DNA of 32,000 nt from Archaeoglobus fulgidus DSM 4304 (GCF_000008665.1 NC_000917.1:420001-452000), one strand, 5' to 3'; shown: positions 9,025 through 18,399, counted from the first letter of the stretch. Notes: generated from the letters alone by a model not told the origin. Numbers and translations: made by a program.

Positions 9025-10061
9025 AGCTCCCCCTCCACTATCTCTACAAGCTTCTCCGGAAGAATCAGAGAGCCGAAGTACGAGACACCTTTAACCCTGC
9101 AGCAGCAAACCCTCTCAACCTCCTTAACAACCTGCCCAGCATTCATCTCCGGCACAACCACAAGGTCTGCTTTTTTGGAGTATCTTCTGACAGCATCCTC
9201 CGGGAAGGGAAAGAGGCTCTCAAGCTTCAGGATTCCTGCAGATACACCTTTCTCCGCAAGAAGCTTCGCTGAGCTTTTAGCAAGCCTGTAGGAGGAGCCG
9301 TAGGCCACAAACAAAACTCCCTCCTCCCCCTCAAACCTTACCATTGGCCTGAAATCATCAAATTTCGCAAACAACAGCCTCAACAGCTTCTCATACTCCT
9401 CAAGGTCAGTTGTGGGAAGGCCGTTTTCGGTGTGAACCAGTCCTGTCCTGTGCCTTCTCCTCCCATCAATCAGGTTCTTCGCCCTCTTCTCGTAGCTCTC
9501 AATCTCGCCGAGAGGTGGTAGGGCAACGCTCTCCCTCATGTGCCCAACAATCTCATCGCTCAGCACGATGACTGGAGTGGAAAACCTGAAGGCGATTTTG
9601 AAGGCCTCCACAGTGAGGTAGTACATGTCCTTCACAGATGCTGGAGCCAGAACCACGATGGGGTAGTCTCCGTGACTTCCATACCTCGCCTGCATCGCGT
9701 CCCCCTGAGAGGGGGCTGTTGGAATCCCCGTTGACGGGCCAGCTCTCATGACGTTGAAAATCACAACCGGTGACTCTGTTATGGCAGCGTAGCCCATGCC
9801 TTCCTGCATCAGGCTGAATCCCGGCCCAGAGGTGGCGGTCATCGCAACTGCACCCGCCATTGAGGCACCGATTACCGCAGAGATGCTCGCAATCTCATCC
9901 TCCATCTGAATGAAAACTCCACCAAATTTTGGTAGCAGCTCAGCCATTCCGTGGGCTATTTCCGATGAGGGGGTTATTGGATAACCTGCAAAAAAGTTGC
10001 AGCCGGCGTTGATTGCTCCCCTCACCGCAGCCTCATTCCCCTGAATCAGCTCCATCTCCAC
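9021..10061 (-). CDS. korA: 2-oxoacid:ferredoxin oxidoreductase alpha subunit
   Basis: N-terminus ELIQGNEAAVRGAINAGCNFFAGYPITPSSE is typical of KOR/POR/VOR alpha subunits. Operon context supports the call. Confidence 0.85.
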   Translation of the reverse strand: MEMELIQGNEAAVRGAINAGCNFFAGYPITPSSEIAHGMAELLPKFGGVFIQMEDEIASISAVIGASMAGAVAMTATSGPGFSLMQEGMGYAAITESPVVIFNVMRAGPSTGIPTAPSQGDAMQARYGSHGDYPIVVLAPASVKDMYYLTVEAFKIAFRFSTPVIVLSDEIVGHMRESVALPPLGEIESYEKRAKNLIDGRRRHRTGLVHTENGLPTTDLEEYEKLLRLLFAKFDDFRPMVRFEGEEGVLFVAYGSSYRLAKSSAKLLAEKGVSAGILKLESLFPFPEDAVRRYSKKADLVVVPEMNAGQVVKEVERVCCCRVKGVSYFGSLILPEKLVEIVEGEL

Positions 10062-10236
10062 CCACCCTGAAAACCTCTATCGCAAAATCAGGACAGTAAA
10101 GCTCGCAGAGTCTGCATCCGGAACACTTTCTCCCGTTCAAAACGCTACCACCCTCACCAAAAACTCCCTTCGGACAAATTTCACTGCATATCCCGCACTT
10201 CTTGCAGAGATTTAAGTCAACTACAACGGCGTACAT
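10033..10236 (-). CDS. korD: 2-oxoacid:ferredoxin oxidoreductase delta subunit (2x[4Fe-4S] ferredoxin-like)
   Basis: 67 aa with CKKCGICSEICP and CSGCRLCELYCP. It sits between the gamma and alpha subunit genes. Confidence 0.8.
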   Translation of the reverse strand: MYAVVVDLNLCKKCGICSEICPKGVFGEGGSVLNGRKCSGCRLCELYCPDFAIEVFRVGGDGADSGE

Positions 10237-10250
10237 CTAAAACCAAGAAG

Positions 10251-10814
10251 TCATGAAAGAATATATGGTTTAACCACATGCGAAACAACCTTGGGTTTGG
10301 TAACCCTCCTTCCCATCTCGAATCCGATTCTGAAAGCCTTTACGTTCTCCTCCGCCTTCCTCATTCTCTTCTGAATAACCACCTCCACTTTCTCGGGCTG
10401 CAATCCGAGCATAGCTGTCAGAGCTCCTATGGCAATCATGTTGGCAAATAAAGGAGTTCCGAACTCCCGAATGGATGTTTCGGTGAAGGGAAAGCCGAGC
10501 CCCCTCCTTGCATTCACAAGAGAGGAGTCGTAAATCACGTGGGTTTCTCCATCAACCTGAGGATAGTATTTTCTGTAAGCTGAATCGTGAAGAACTAAGA
10601 GATAATCAACTCTCCTCAATCCGGGAAAGTCAATTTCATCATCACTTACAATGATATCGGCCCTCGAAGCCCCACCTCTCGCTTCAGGGCCGTAACTCTG
10701 AGTTTGAACAACGTTTTTACCTTCAAGGGCGAAAGCTTCAGCTAAAACCAATCCGGCCTTAATCACACCCTGCCCCCCTGTTCCCGCAATCCTGATGTTT
10801 ACCTCACGGGGCAT
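10251..10814 (-). CDS. korG: 2-oxoacid:ferredoxin oxidoreductase gamma subunit
   Basis: 187 aa. IRIAGTGGQGVIKAGLVLAEA is the typical gamma-subunit N-terminus. It is the first gene of a gamma-delta-alpha-beta operon. Confidence 0.85.
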   Translation of the reverse strand: MPREVNIRIAGTGGQGVIKAGLVLAEAFALEGKNVVQTQSYGPEARGGASRADIIVSDDEIDFPGLRRVDYLLVLHDSAYRKYYPQVDGETHVIYDSSLVNARRGLGFPFTETSIREFGTPLFANMIAIGALTAMLGLQPEKVEVVIQKRMRKAEENVKAFRIGFEMGRRVTKPKVVSHVVKPYILS

Positions 10815-10836
10815 GTTTAAATATTCCGCATGAAAT

Positions 10837-10844
10837 TTTATAAA
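10837..10844 (-). promoter_or_regulatory. TATA box (TTTATAAA) for the oxidoreductase operon
   Basis: 22 nt upstream of ATG 10814, within the 125-bp divergent intergenic region. Confidence 0.45.
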
Positions 10845-10908
10845 TCTTTCCTATATATTACTCCCAACCCTTCAGATGAATACATCAACTATTGAGGCAT
10901 ACGTATTG

Positions 10909-10916
10909 TTTAAATA
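10909..10916 (+). promoter_or_regulatory. TATA box (TTTAAATA) for the AbrB-PhoU-like gene
   Basis: Ends 23 nt before ATG 10940, supporting that start and a leaderless transcript. The 8-bp palindrome ATACGTAT (10899-10906) lies immediately upstream, in the BRE position. Confidence 0.5.
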
Positions 10917-10939
10917 CAACAAAAACAAATAGTTTATCA

Positions 10940-11902
10940 ATGAAAATAAGGAAACTTCAACTCGTCGGCGGCTCAAGCTACGCTATCTCCCTGCCAAAAG
11001 AGTGGATTTCAAAGCACAACCTCAAGCAGGGAGATGAAGTTGTGCTGAGGGAGTTTGATGAGTTTATAGTTGTGCAGCCTCAAACAGTCGAAAAGGAGGT
11101 TAAAGTCGTCGTAAGGGACATTCCAAGCTTTGAAAAGAGGTTCCTTAGGAGGTTTTTGGGCTCAATCTACTCTCTCGGAGTTGACAGAATCGTTCTGGAG
11201 AAGGGAGGGATTGACAGGCACATTACAGACATTTCTGAAATTTCTCACCACTTTATCGGAATGGAGGTGCTCGACTGCACTTCAAACAGTGTTGTTTTGC
11301 AGATTTTCACAATTCCTGATTTTGACATTGTCACAATACTGAAAAGGATGCTTCAGATTCTTTCCGGACTGATGGGCGAGATGGAAAGGAGTTTGCCACT
11401 CGAAAGTCCAAATGTGAAGGAAATTCTCGAAAGGATTCAGAGGTATGAGGAGGATTTTGACAGGCTATATCTGCTTGCGGTCAGAATCGTCAACAGAGGA
11501 ATGAAAAAGATTGCAGTGTCGAACTGGGATGAGCTGAGGTTTTTGCTTGGCTCAAGAATTATAGCAAAGTTCTACGAGGAGATTGCGGATACACTGCTAA
11601 TCTTCTCACGGTACATATGGGATTACAGTTTGGATGTTAGAAGGGAAGTTCAGAAGTTTTTCTTTGACCTCCAGGAAGCTTTGGAGAAGAGTTTTAAGGC
11701 CTTCACGCAGTCGGAGATGTCTGTAATCGAGGATTACATTTCCTTTGTTGGAGAACTTTCACAAAAGATTCAGCAGTCGATAAGCAGCAATCCAGAGGGC
11801 ATGATTGTCAAGGAGCTCCTCCTCCAGACGTGCAGAATGCTCGAGTCCATTGGCGAAATAGAGTTCAACAAAACTGTAAGGGAGATGCTGAAGCAGGAAT
11901 AA
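10940..11902 (+). CDS. AbrB/SpoVT-domain protein fused to a PhoU-like helical domain (putative regulator)
   Basis: N-terminus MKIRKLQLVGGSSYAISLPKEWISKHNLKQGDEV is a looped-hinge-helix AbrB fold. The remainder is helical with PhoU-like repeats (for example YEEDFDRLYLLAVRIV). The start is chosen by TATA spacing; the track start at 10892 adds an unlikely 16 aa. Confidence 0.6.
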   Translation: MKIRKLQLVGGSSYAISLPKEWISKHNLKQGDEVVLREFDEFIVVQPQTVEKEVKVVVRDIPSFEKRFLRRFLGSIYSLGVDRIVLEKGGIDRHITDISEISHHFIGMEVLDCTSNSVVLQIFTIPDFDIVTILKRMLQILSGLMGEMERSLPLESPNVKEILERIQRYEEDFDRLYLLAVRIVNRGMKKIAVSNWDELRFLLGSRIIAKFYEEIADTLLIFSRYIWDYSLDVRREVQKFFFDLQEALEKSFKAFTQSEMSVIEDYISFVGELSQKIQQSISSNPEGMIVKELLLQTCRMLESIGEIEFNKTVREMLKQE

Positions 11903-11911
11903 AAAATTGAA

Positions 11912-14326
11912 TTAGCTTCTGAGCTTTGCCTGGTATCCTGCTGCTTCAACTGCCTTTATGTATTTATCCACATCCTCTTTGTTTCCAGCAACAACAGCCT
12001 CGTTCAAATCGACCTTTTCAACCTTCGCTCCTGCTTCCTCCAAAGCCTTCTTCACCCTGGCCACGCAGTGGTGGCATGACAGTCCTGAAAGCTCCAATAC
12101 AATCTTCTCCACACTATCACCTCCCCTCCTTATCGGAGGAACGTAATTTCTCAAGAGCAGGGAGTTTGCCACAACACTCACGCTGCTCATCGCCATAGCC
12201 AAACCTGCAAATTCGGGGCGGAAGACAACGCCAAAGATGGGATAAAGCAAGCCCGCCGCGGCGGGAATTAAGATTACGTTGTAAATCAAGGCCCAGAAAA
12301 TGTTCTGCTTGATTTTGCTCATGGTCTTTCTGCTGAGCTGAATTGCCGCTACGACGTCCCTAAGGTCGTCCCTTATAAGCACAATGTCTCCGCTTTCAAC
12401 AGCCACATCCGACCCGCTCCCTACGGCAATGCCGAGGTCTGCCTGAGCCAGTGCCGGGGCATCGTTTATGCCGTCCCCCACAAAGGCTACAACCTCCTTA
12501 GCCTGCAGCTTTTTGACCTCCTCGGACTTCTGATGTGGCAGAACCTCCGCAATGACGAGGTCGAGGTTCAGCTCTCTGGAAATGGCTTCGGCGCTCCTCC
12601 AGTTATCCCCTGTAATCATTCCAACCTTTATCCCCATTCTTTTAAGCTCCTGCACAGCAGGTTTCGCAGATTCCTTGAGCGTGTCAGAAACCGCTATAAT
12701 CCCCTCAACTCTGCCGTTCCTTGCAACAATTACGGCGGTCTTGGCTTCCCTTTCCAGCTTCTCCAGCGCTAGCTCAACTTCATTGCTAACAGCAACCCCA
12801 AAGTCCTCCATCAACCTTTTGTTCCCCACCAAAATGCCGTCTGCCACAACACCTTCGCCAGCAATGACCTCAACCTTCTCGGGCTCGCCAAGCTCAATGC
12901 CATGCTCTAAAGCCTTTTTAACGATGGCCTCAGCAATGGGATGCTCACTCCTCCTCTCGGCTATCGCAGCCAACCTCAAAAGTTCCCTTTCATCCCCGTT
13001 GAGGGGAACTAAATCCGTAACCTCCGGTTTTCCTTTGGTGAGAGTGCCCGTTTTATCAAAAATTACAGCTGTGACCTTTTCAGCCACTTCGAGAGCGTCG
13101 GCATTTTTTATAAGAATTCCGAGCTCGGCCCCCTTTCCCATTCCAACAGTTAATGCTGTCGGTGTGGCAAGGCCGAAAGCGCAGGGGCAGGCAACCACCA
13201 GAACCGCGATGAGCGTTGTGAAGGCAAAGAGCAACGGAGCGTGGGCGATGAAGTACCAGTAAATGAAAGCTGAGATCGCAACGAGAAGCACTGTGGGGAT
13301 GAAATATGCAACGACTTTGTCTGCCAGCCTTTGAATCGGAGGTTTGCTGCCCATCGCGTCCTCGACCAGCTTTACAATCTGGGCAAGAAGAGTTTCACCC
13401 CCAACCCTCGTGGCCCTTATTTTCAAAACACCCGTGTTGTTGATTGTTGCCCCGAAAACCTCATCACCTTTGCTCTTCAACACTGGCACAGGCTCACCTG
13501 AAATCATCGACTCGTCAACGTAGCTCTCCCCCTCCACCACCACACCGTCAACCGGTATCTTCTCCCCAGGCCTAACAATCACGATGTCTCCAACAGCAAC
13601 CTCCTCAACCGGAACCGCTATTTCCTTTCCATCCCTGATTACAACCGCTGTTTTCGCCTGAAGCCCTACGAGCTTCTTTATGGCCTCCCCGGTTCTGCTC
13701 TTCGCCCTCGCCTCAAGCGTTCTGCCAAGGAGAAGAAAGGCAAGCAGCAAAACCGACGTCTCGTAAAAAGAGTATTCTCTTGGAAGGACTCCGGCGGTTG
13801 ATAGAACGCTTGCAAGGAAAGCCGCCCCAACTCCCATTGAGTACATTACATCCATGTTAAGCGTTCTGCGCCTCAAAGCGGAGAATGCAGCCTTGAAAAT
13901 CGAGCTCCCCGAATAAAAGATAGCGGGCAAGGCTATCAAGAGCTGAACGAAGTCCTCGTAAGGTAAGCTGATAAAGTGCGCAAGAAAGAGCAGCAATACT
14001 CCGGCAAAGGCTGCCACGTAGAGCTTCCTTTTCATTCTTGAAAGGTGCTCAACCTCCGCACTAACAGCAGCTTGCTCATCCACCACACCATAACCGAGGT
14101 CCTCAATCACCCTCTTTATCGTTTCAAAATCGATCCTTTTCTCGTCAAACCTTATAAAAGCCGTCTCGGTGGCGAGATTTACCCTAACCTCTTCAACACC
14201 CTCCAGGCTTCCAACAGCCGTCTCAATCGACTTGACGCACATGGCGCACGTCATTCCGGTAACTCTGACGGTTCTTTCCATTGGCGGAGTCTTGCTGGCT
14301 GAAGAGATATAAGTATCCTTTACCAC
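11912..14326 (-). CDS. copA: Cu(I)-translocating P1B-type ATPase with N- and C-terminal metal-binding domains
   Basis: 804 aa with a GTG start. N-terminal metal-binding domain GMTCAMCV, transmembrane CPC ([12 protein letters not shown]), [18 protein letters not shown], and C-terminal metal-binding domain GLSCHHCV. Confidence 0.95.
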   Translation of the reverse strand: MVKDTYISSASKTPPMERTVRVTGMTCAMCVKSIETAVGSLEGVEEVRVNLATETAFIRFDEKRIDFETIKRVIEDLGYGVVDEQAAVSAEVEHLSRMKRKLYVAAFAGVLLLFLAHFISLPYEDFVQLLIALPAIFYSGSSIFKAAFSALRRRTLNMDVMYSMGVGAAFLASVLSTAGVLPREYSFYETSVLLLAFLLLGRTLEARAKSRTGEAIKKLVGLQAKTAVVIRDGKEIAVPVEEVAVGDIVIVRPGEKIPVDGVVVEGESYVDESMISGEPVPVLKSKGDEVFGATINNTGVLKIRATRVGGETLLAQIVKLVEDAMGSKPPIQRLADKVVAYFIPTVLLVAISAFIYWYFIAHAPLLFAFTTLIAVLVVACPCAFGLATPTALTVGMGKGAELGILIKNADALEVAEKVTAVIFDKTGTLTKGKPEVTDLVPLNGDERELLRLAAIAERRSEHPIAEAIVKKALEHGIELGEPEKVEVIAGEGVVADGILVGNKRLMEDFGVAVSNEVELALEKLEREAKTAVIVARNGRVEGIIAVSDTLKESAKPAVQELKRMGIKVGMITGDNWRSAEAISRELNLDLVIAEVLPHQKSEEVKKLQAKEVVAFVGDGINDAPALAQADLGIAVGSGSDVAVESGDIVLIRDDLRDVVAAIQLSRKTMSKIKQNIFWALIYNVILIPAAAGLLYPIFGVVFRPEFAGLAMAMSSVSVVANSLLLRNYVPPIRRGGDSVEKIVLELSGLSCHHCVARVKKALEEAGAKVEKVDLNEAVVAGNKEDVDKYIKAVEAAGYQAKLRS

Positions 14327-14374
14327 TACGTAAAAATTGGATAAGCTTTTTTAACAATTTGTCAAATTTTTAGC

Positions 14375-14917
14375 ATGAAACTCGACGAAGTTGACCTTAA
14401 AATTATCAACATTCTTAAAGCTAACTCCAGAGTCAGCATAACGGAGATTGCCAAGGCCCTCAACCTCAGCAGGCAGACTGTCAAGGCGAGAATCGAGAGG
14501 CTCGAGAATGAAGGAGTTATTGAGGGCTACACCATAAAGCTTGCCAGCAGCTTCGAGAATCTCGGAAGTTCTGCATATCTGCTTGCCAACACAGAGGACG
14601 CTGAAAAGATACTCGAGATGGAGGAGGTTGTTGAGGTCAATAGGATTGCCAGCAAAAAGTACCTCATCAGAGTTCAGCTGAACAGTCTCGAGGATTTGTC
14701 GAGAGTAATGGACAAAGCCGAGATTCTCGAGGTCTTTCCTGTTACTGAGAGAATAGCAAAAGAAGTGCCGTTCAAAGCCAAAGTAAACTACAGATGCGAC
14801 TACTGCGGAAAGGAGATGTGCGATGAACCGATTGTTTACAGGCTAAAAAACAAAGTCTACGTTTTGTGCTGTAAGACTTGCCTCAGGGAGTTTAAAGAAA
14901 TACAAAAAGAGAATTAG
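14375..14917 (+). CDS. Lrp/AsnC-type HTH regulator with C-terminal TRASH metal-binding domain (CopR/CopT-like copper regulator)
   Basis: N-terminal HTH ([43 protein letters not shown]). C-terminus CGKEM..x20..CCKTC fits the TRASH pattern C-x19-22-C-x3-C. The gene is divergent from copA. Confidence 0.8.
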   Translation: MKLDEVDLKIINILKANSRVSITEIAKALNLSRQTVKARIERLENEGVIEGYTIKLASSFENLGSSAYLLANTEDAEKILEMEEVVEVNRIASKKYLIRVQLNSLEDLSRVMDKAEILEVFPVTERIAKEVPFKAKVNYRCDYCGKEMCDEPIVYRLKNKVYVLCCKTCLREFKEIQKEN

Positions 14918-16026
14918 GCTTTGTAAAGCTTATCTCTCAGCTTAAGAGCAACGTTGACCAGCATAATCAAAACCGGAACCTCTATGAGCGGTCCAATCAC
15001 TGTGGCAAAGGCCTGATTGCTGTGTATCCCCCAGATGGCAACAGCTACTGCAATTGCCAGCTCAAAGTCGTTGCTTGCAGCGGTGAATGAAACAGCGGTG
15101 GTTTTCGGATAGTCAACACCCAGCTTGTAGGCTATGAAGAAGGTTATGAACCACATGATGAGGAAGTATAGCGTCAGCGGGATTGCAACTCTAACAACCT
15201 GCATCGGCAGCTCGACGATGTACTCGCCCTTCAGTGAGAACATCACGACGATGGTGAAGAGCAGTGCTGCGGGCGTGATGAGGCTTATTTTCGGAGCCAG
15301 AACGTTTTCAAACCACTCTCTTCCCTTAAGCCTGAAGCTGCCGTACCTTGTGGCAACGCCCATGATGAAGGGAATTCCGAGGTAGATGAAGACAGTCTTT
15401 GCTGCCTCGACTATGCTCACGTTGGCCTCAACTCCCTCAACCAGCCCGAGGGCGTTCAGAGCGAAGGTGATGAAGATGTAGATGTAAACCGCATAGAAGA
15501 GAATCTGGAAGATGGCGTTAAAGGCCACAAGCCCAACCGCAAGCTCTCTGTCACCCTCAGCAAGCTCGTTCCATACTATGACCATTGCAATGCATCTCGC
15601 CAGCCCAACGAGGATAACACCAATCATGAACTCCGGCATGTCCCTCAGAAGAGCGATGGCAAGCAAAAACATCACCACTGGCCCCACAATCCAGTTCTGC
15701 GTTAGAGAGAAGGCGAGAAGCTTGAGGTTGCTGAATACCTTTCCCATCTCCTCATACCTGACCTTGGCGAGAGGTGGGTACATCATCAGAATAAGGCCAA
15801 TGGCAATGGGAATGGATGTTGTGCCAATGCTGAGAGAGCCGATGATGTTCGCAATGTCAGGATAGACATAGCCGAGGGCAACTCCCCCAATTATTGCGAG
15901 AAAGATCCACAGAGTCAGAAATTTCTCGATTATTGAGAGCTCCTTCTTCTCCTCAAGCGTTACGTAGTGTTCCACCACCTTTTCAGCCTTCTTGATGTCC
16001 CTTTCTATGTCATCAATTCTGCTCAC
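14914..16026 (-). CDS. acr3: ACR3-family arsenite efflux permease
   Basis: 370 aa with about 10 TM segments and the signature [13 protein letters not shown] (conserved ACR3 Cys). The GTG start overlaps the stop of the upstream small gene (GTGA). Confidence 0.85.
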   Translation of the reverse strand: MSRIDDIERDIKKAEKVVEHYVTLEEKKELSIIEKFLTLWIFLAIIGGVALGYVYPDIANIIGSLSIGTTSIPIAIGLILMMYPPLAKVRYEEMGKVFSNLKLLAFSLTQNWIVGPVVMFLLAIALLRDMPEFMIGVILVGLARCIAMVIVWNELAEGDRELAVGLVAFNAIFQILFYAVYIYIFITFALNALGLVEGVEANVSIVEAAKTVFIYLGIPFIMGVATRYGSFRLKGREWFENVLAPKISLITPAALLFTIVVMFSLKGEYIVELPMQVVRVAIPLTLYFLIMWFITFFIAYKLGVDYPKTTAVSFTAASNDFELAIAVAVAIWGIHSNQAFATVIGPLIEVPVLIMLVNVALKLRDKLYKA

Positions 16027-16262
16027 CCTACCACCCCCTTAAGCATAGGTGCGATAATGCTCCTCATCTCCTCGTCCACCAACTCCGCCTTAACGAGAAT
16101 AAGGCAGCAAACCTCTTCGTTCTCATCACAGCCAGCAATTGCAACAAGCCTGTCTCCCGCTTTCAGTCCGGCTCTCTCCCTTAGCTCTTTGGGCAGCAAA
16201 ATCTGGCCCTTTGAGTCCATTGTGAGCACGGCTTCAATTTTCGTAGCTTTACAACTTTTCAT
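16023..16262 (-). CDS. Small AbrB/SpoVT-like DNA-binding protein with a Cys45-x6-Cys52-Cys53 cluster
   Basis: 79 aa. [25 protein letters not shown] is an AbrB looped-hinge-helix motif, followed by [11 protein letters not shown]. It is translationally coupled to acr3. Confidence 0.65.
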   Translation of the reverse strand: MKSCKATKIEAVLTMDSKGQILLPKELRERAGLKAGDRLVAIAGCDENEEVCCLILVKAELVDEEMRSIIAPMLKGVVG

Positions 16263-16361
16263 GATTTTCCTAAAAATCGGATTTGATAAAGTTTTCTGAA
16301 TCAGCTTGTAACTTTAAACCTAAAACTTAACCAAAAACGAAGTCAGGCAGAACTCCCAAAA

Positions 16362-16369
16362 AATTTAAA
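16362..16369 (+). promoter_or_regulatory. TATA box (ATTTAAAT) for the AAA ATPase operon
   Basis: Ends 24 nt before GTG 16394 and 33 nt before ATG 16403. It overlaps the left arm of a perfect inverted repeat (see findings). Confidence 0.45.
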
Positions 16370-16393
16370 TCACGATTCGGTGATTTGTAGGAA

Positions 16394-17632
16394 GTGTCCC
16401 AGATGAGCGCTGTTAAGCTTGTGGAACTTCTGCTAACTGCAGAAATATTCAACAGGTATGAGGAGCTAACTGAAGATGACATACCGAAGGAAATCAGGAA
16501 ACTGCTCTACAACAAGGGAGGTATAAAAAGACCGGTAGTGATCAGGGAGGATACTGTAATGAGATATGCGGGGAAAGTTGAGCAGAAGCCACCTTTTGTT
16601 GACCTTAACTCCTTCTCAAGACAGTACATTCTCACATCCTTTGATTTAGCTGTCAAATGGTTTGCAAGCAGGGGAGTTGAGTTGATAAAGAAAAACCCCG
16701 CACTCGCTTACTTCTACCAGAATTACGACTCCCTCGATGTATCCTACGAGGAGGCGAAGAAGGCCAACCTTCCGAAGCACGGAGACAAGGAGTGGCTCAA
16801 AGGCTTGATAGAGGAACTTGAGAAGAAGGACGAGACAAGGGAGATGCTGTCCCTTGTGAGAGTGCTGTCCCCCGAAGAAATTCCAGTTGACTTCAGGGAG
16901 GTGGCCCTAAGCGAGGAGCAGCTTGAAGAGGTCAGGAAGATTGAGATTGCATTGGAAGAGAGAAGTTTTCTGAGGAAAATTGGCCTTTCGGACATTGGTA
17001 AGCTTCTGTTCATAGGCCCGCCCGGCACGGGAAAAACCACCACTGCGAGGGCCTTGAGCAAAAAGCTTTACCTTCCACTGCTTGAAGTGAAGCTCTCAAT
17101 GATTACAAGCCAGTATCTTGGCGAGACTTCGAAGAACATCGAGAAAATCTTCGACATAGCGAGAATGATGTCTCCCTGCATTCTGTTCATTGACGAGTTT
17201 GATTATGTTGCCAAAATGAGGACGAGCGACGAGCATGCTGCCATTAAAAGGGCCGTTAACACCCTCCTTAAATCCATCGACGACATAAACCTCGTTGAGG
17301 ATGGAGTTCTGCTTATAGCTGCAACAAACCACCCCTCCCTGCTCGACCCTGCAGTCTGGAGGAGGTTCGACAAGGTTATTGAGTTCCCTGAGCCTGCTGA
17401 AGCCATCAGGAAGAGAATCTTTGAAATATTTCTGGCAAGAATTGATGGCAATTTCAACATTGACGAGCTTGTGAGGGAGACCGATGGGTTTACGGGAGCG
17501 GACATAAAGCTCGTTGTTAGGGAAGCTGTTCTCGATGCCCTCCTTCAGGGGAGAAGAGAGCTCACTCAGGAAGACCTTCTGAATGCGATAAGGGAAGTCA
17601 GGGAGAGGCTCAAGCTTAAGAAATCCTACTGA
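16394..17632 (+). CDS. Classical-clade AAA ATPase (single AAA domain) with an uncharacterised ~190-aa helical N-terminal domain
   Basis: Walker A GPPGTGKTTTA, Walker B ILFIDEFD, second region of homology ATNHPSLLDPAVWRRFD. The start is either GTG 16394 or ATG 16403. Confidence 0.85.
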   Translation: MSQMSAVKLVELLLTAEIFNRYEELTEDDIPKEIRKLLYNKGGIKRPVVIREDTVMRYAGKVEQKPPFVDLNSFSRQYILTSFDLAVKWFASRGVELIKKNPALAYFYQNYDSLDVSYEEAKKANLPKHGDKEWLKGLIEELEKKDETREMLSLVRVLSPEEIPVDFREVALSEEQLEEVRKIEIALEERSFLRKIGLSDIGKLLFIGPPGTGKTTTARALSKKLYLPLLEVKLSMITSQYLGETSKNIEKIFDIARMMSPCILFIDEFDYVAKMRTSDEHAAIKRAVNTLLKSIDDINLVEDGVLLIAATNHPSLLDPAVWRRFDKVIEFPEPAEAIRKRIFEIFLARIDGNFNIDELVRETDGFTGADIKLVVREAVLDALLQGRRELTQEDLLNAIREVRERLKLKKSY

Positions 17633-17634
17633 CC

Positions 17635-18399
17635 ATGATAGTCACTCTGCTTGGAACAGGTGACTCTCCCGGCACCCCTATTCTCAACTGTCACTGCAGA
17701 ACTTGCGAGGATGCGAGGAGGAAGGGATGGGAGAGGAAGAGGTTCTCGGTGATGGTTCAGAACAACGGCAAGACTGTGCTGATTGACACCTCTCCCGATT
17801 TGCGGAGGCAGCTTCTCGACTGCGGGGTGGAGAAGGTTGATGCGGTGATATGGACTCACTGCCACTTCGACCACTTTGGAGGTTTTGGCGAGTTTTACAG
17901 GGTCCAGAACAACGTTAAGGTTTACTCCACCCCTCAAATTCACGAAGATATAGGCCACTTCATGAAGTTCATGTCCTACAAGCCTGTAGAGGTGGAGGCG
18001 TTCGAGAATTTTACCATTGCCGGTATGGACTTCACACTCCTGCCGGTAAACCACCCGCCTGTGAGCGCTGTGGGAGTCAAGGTGGAGTGGAAGGGCTACA
18101 AGGTTGTCGTCAGCGGGGATACCAACGTGAGGATTCCTGAAGCAACTCTGAGAGAAATGCAGAATCCCGATTTGCTCATCGTAGAGGCTTTGGCCCCAAC
18201 TGGGAGGTTCAGGAAACACATGAATGCGAAAGAGGCTTTAGAACTCGCCAAAAGGCTGAATGCCGGCAAAGTCGTCCTCACGCACCTCGGCCACTTCTTC
18301 CCGCCGCACCATCTTGCGATTAAAAGTTATCCCGTGGGAGAGGATTATCAGTCCTTTTCCTTCGGAGAGGGGAGGCTCGATGAGTTCTTTGGGGATTGA
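17635..18399 (+). CDS. Metallo-beta-lactamase-fold hydrolase, PhnP/PqqB-like (possible phosphodiesterase)
   Basis: HCHFDHFGG (HxHxDH motif). The N-terminal LLGTGDSPGTPILNCHCRTC resembles the CxCxxC structural-Zn motif of PhnP-type enzymes. Confidence 0.7.
   Translation: MIVTLLGTGDSPGTPILNCHCRTCEDARRKGWERKRFSVMVQNNGKTVLIDTSPDLRRQLLDCGVEKVDAVIWTHCHFDHFGGFGEFYRVQNNVKVYSTPQIHEDIGHFMKFMSYKPVEVEAFENFTIAGMDFTLLPVNHPPVSAVGVKVEWKGYKVVVSGDTNVRIPEATLREMQNPDLLIVEALAPTGRFRKHMNAKEALELAKRLNAGKVVLTHLGHFFPPHHLAIKSYPVGEDYQSFSFGEGRLDEFFGD

Noticed and set aside
12552-13262. 236-aa ORF antisense to copA, and similar long antisense ORFs at 1536-2126, 8194-8769, 17626-18219, 18238-18699, 26683-27132 and 30289-30978
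   Set aside because: All lie fully inside well-supported genes on the opposite strand. They have Ser/Leu/Pro/Arg-rich low-complexity translations and no recognisable motifs. They are typical shadow ORFs produced by codon bias.
16394-17632. AAA ATPase as a proteasome-activating nucleotidase or a defence ATPase paired with the MBL nuclease
   Set aside because: There is no coiled-coil/OB N-domain signature and no C-terminal HbYX motif (it ends KKSY). The MBL protein looks like a PhnP-type phosphodiesterase rather than a nuclease, and the neighbourhood is core metabolism. No known defence architecture matches.
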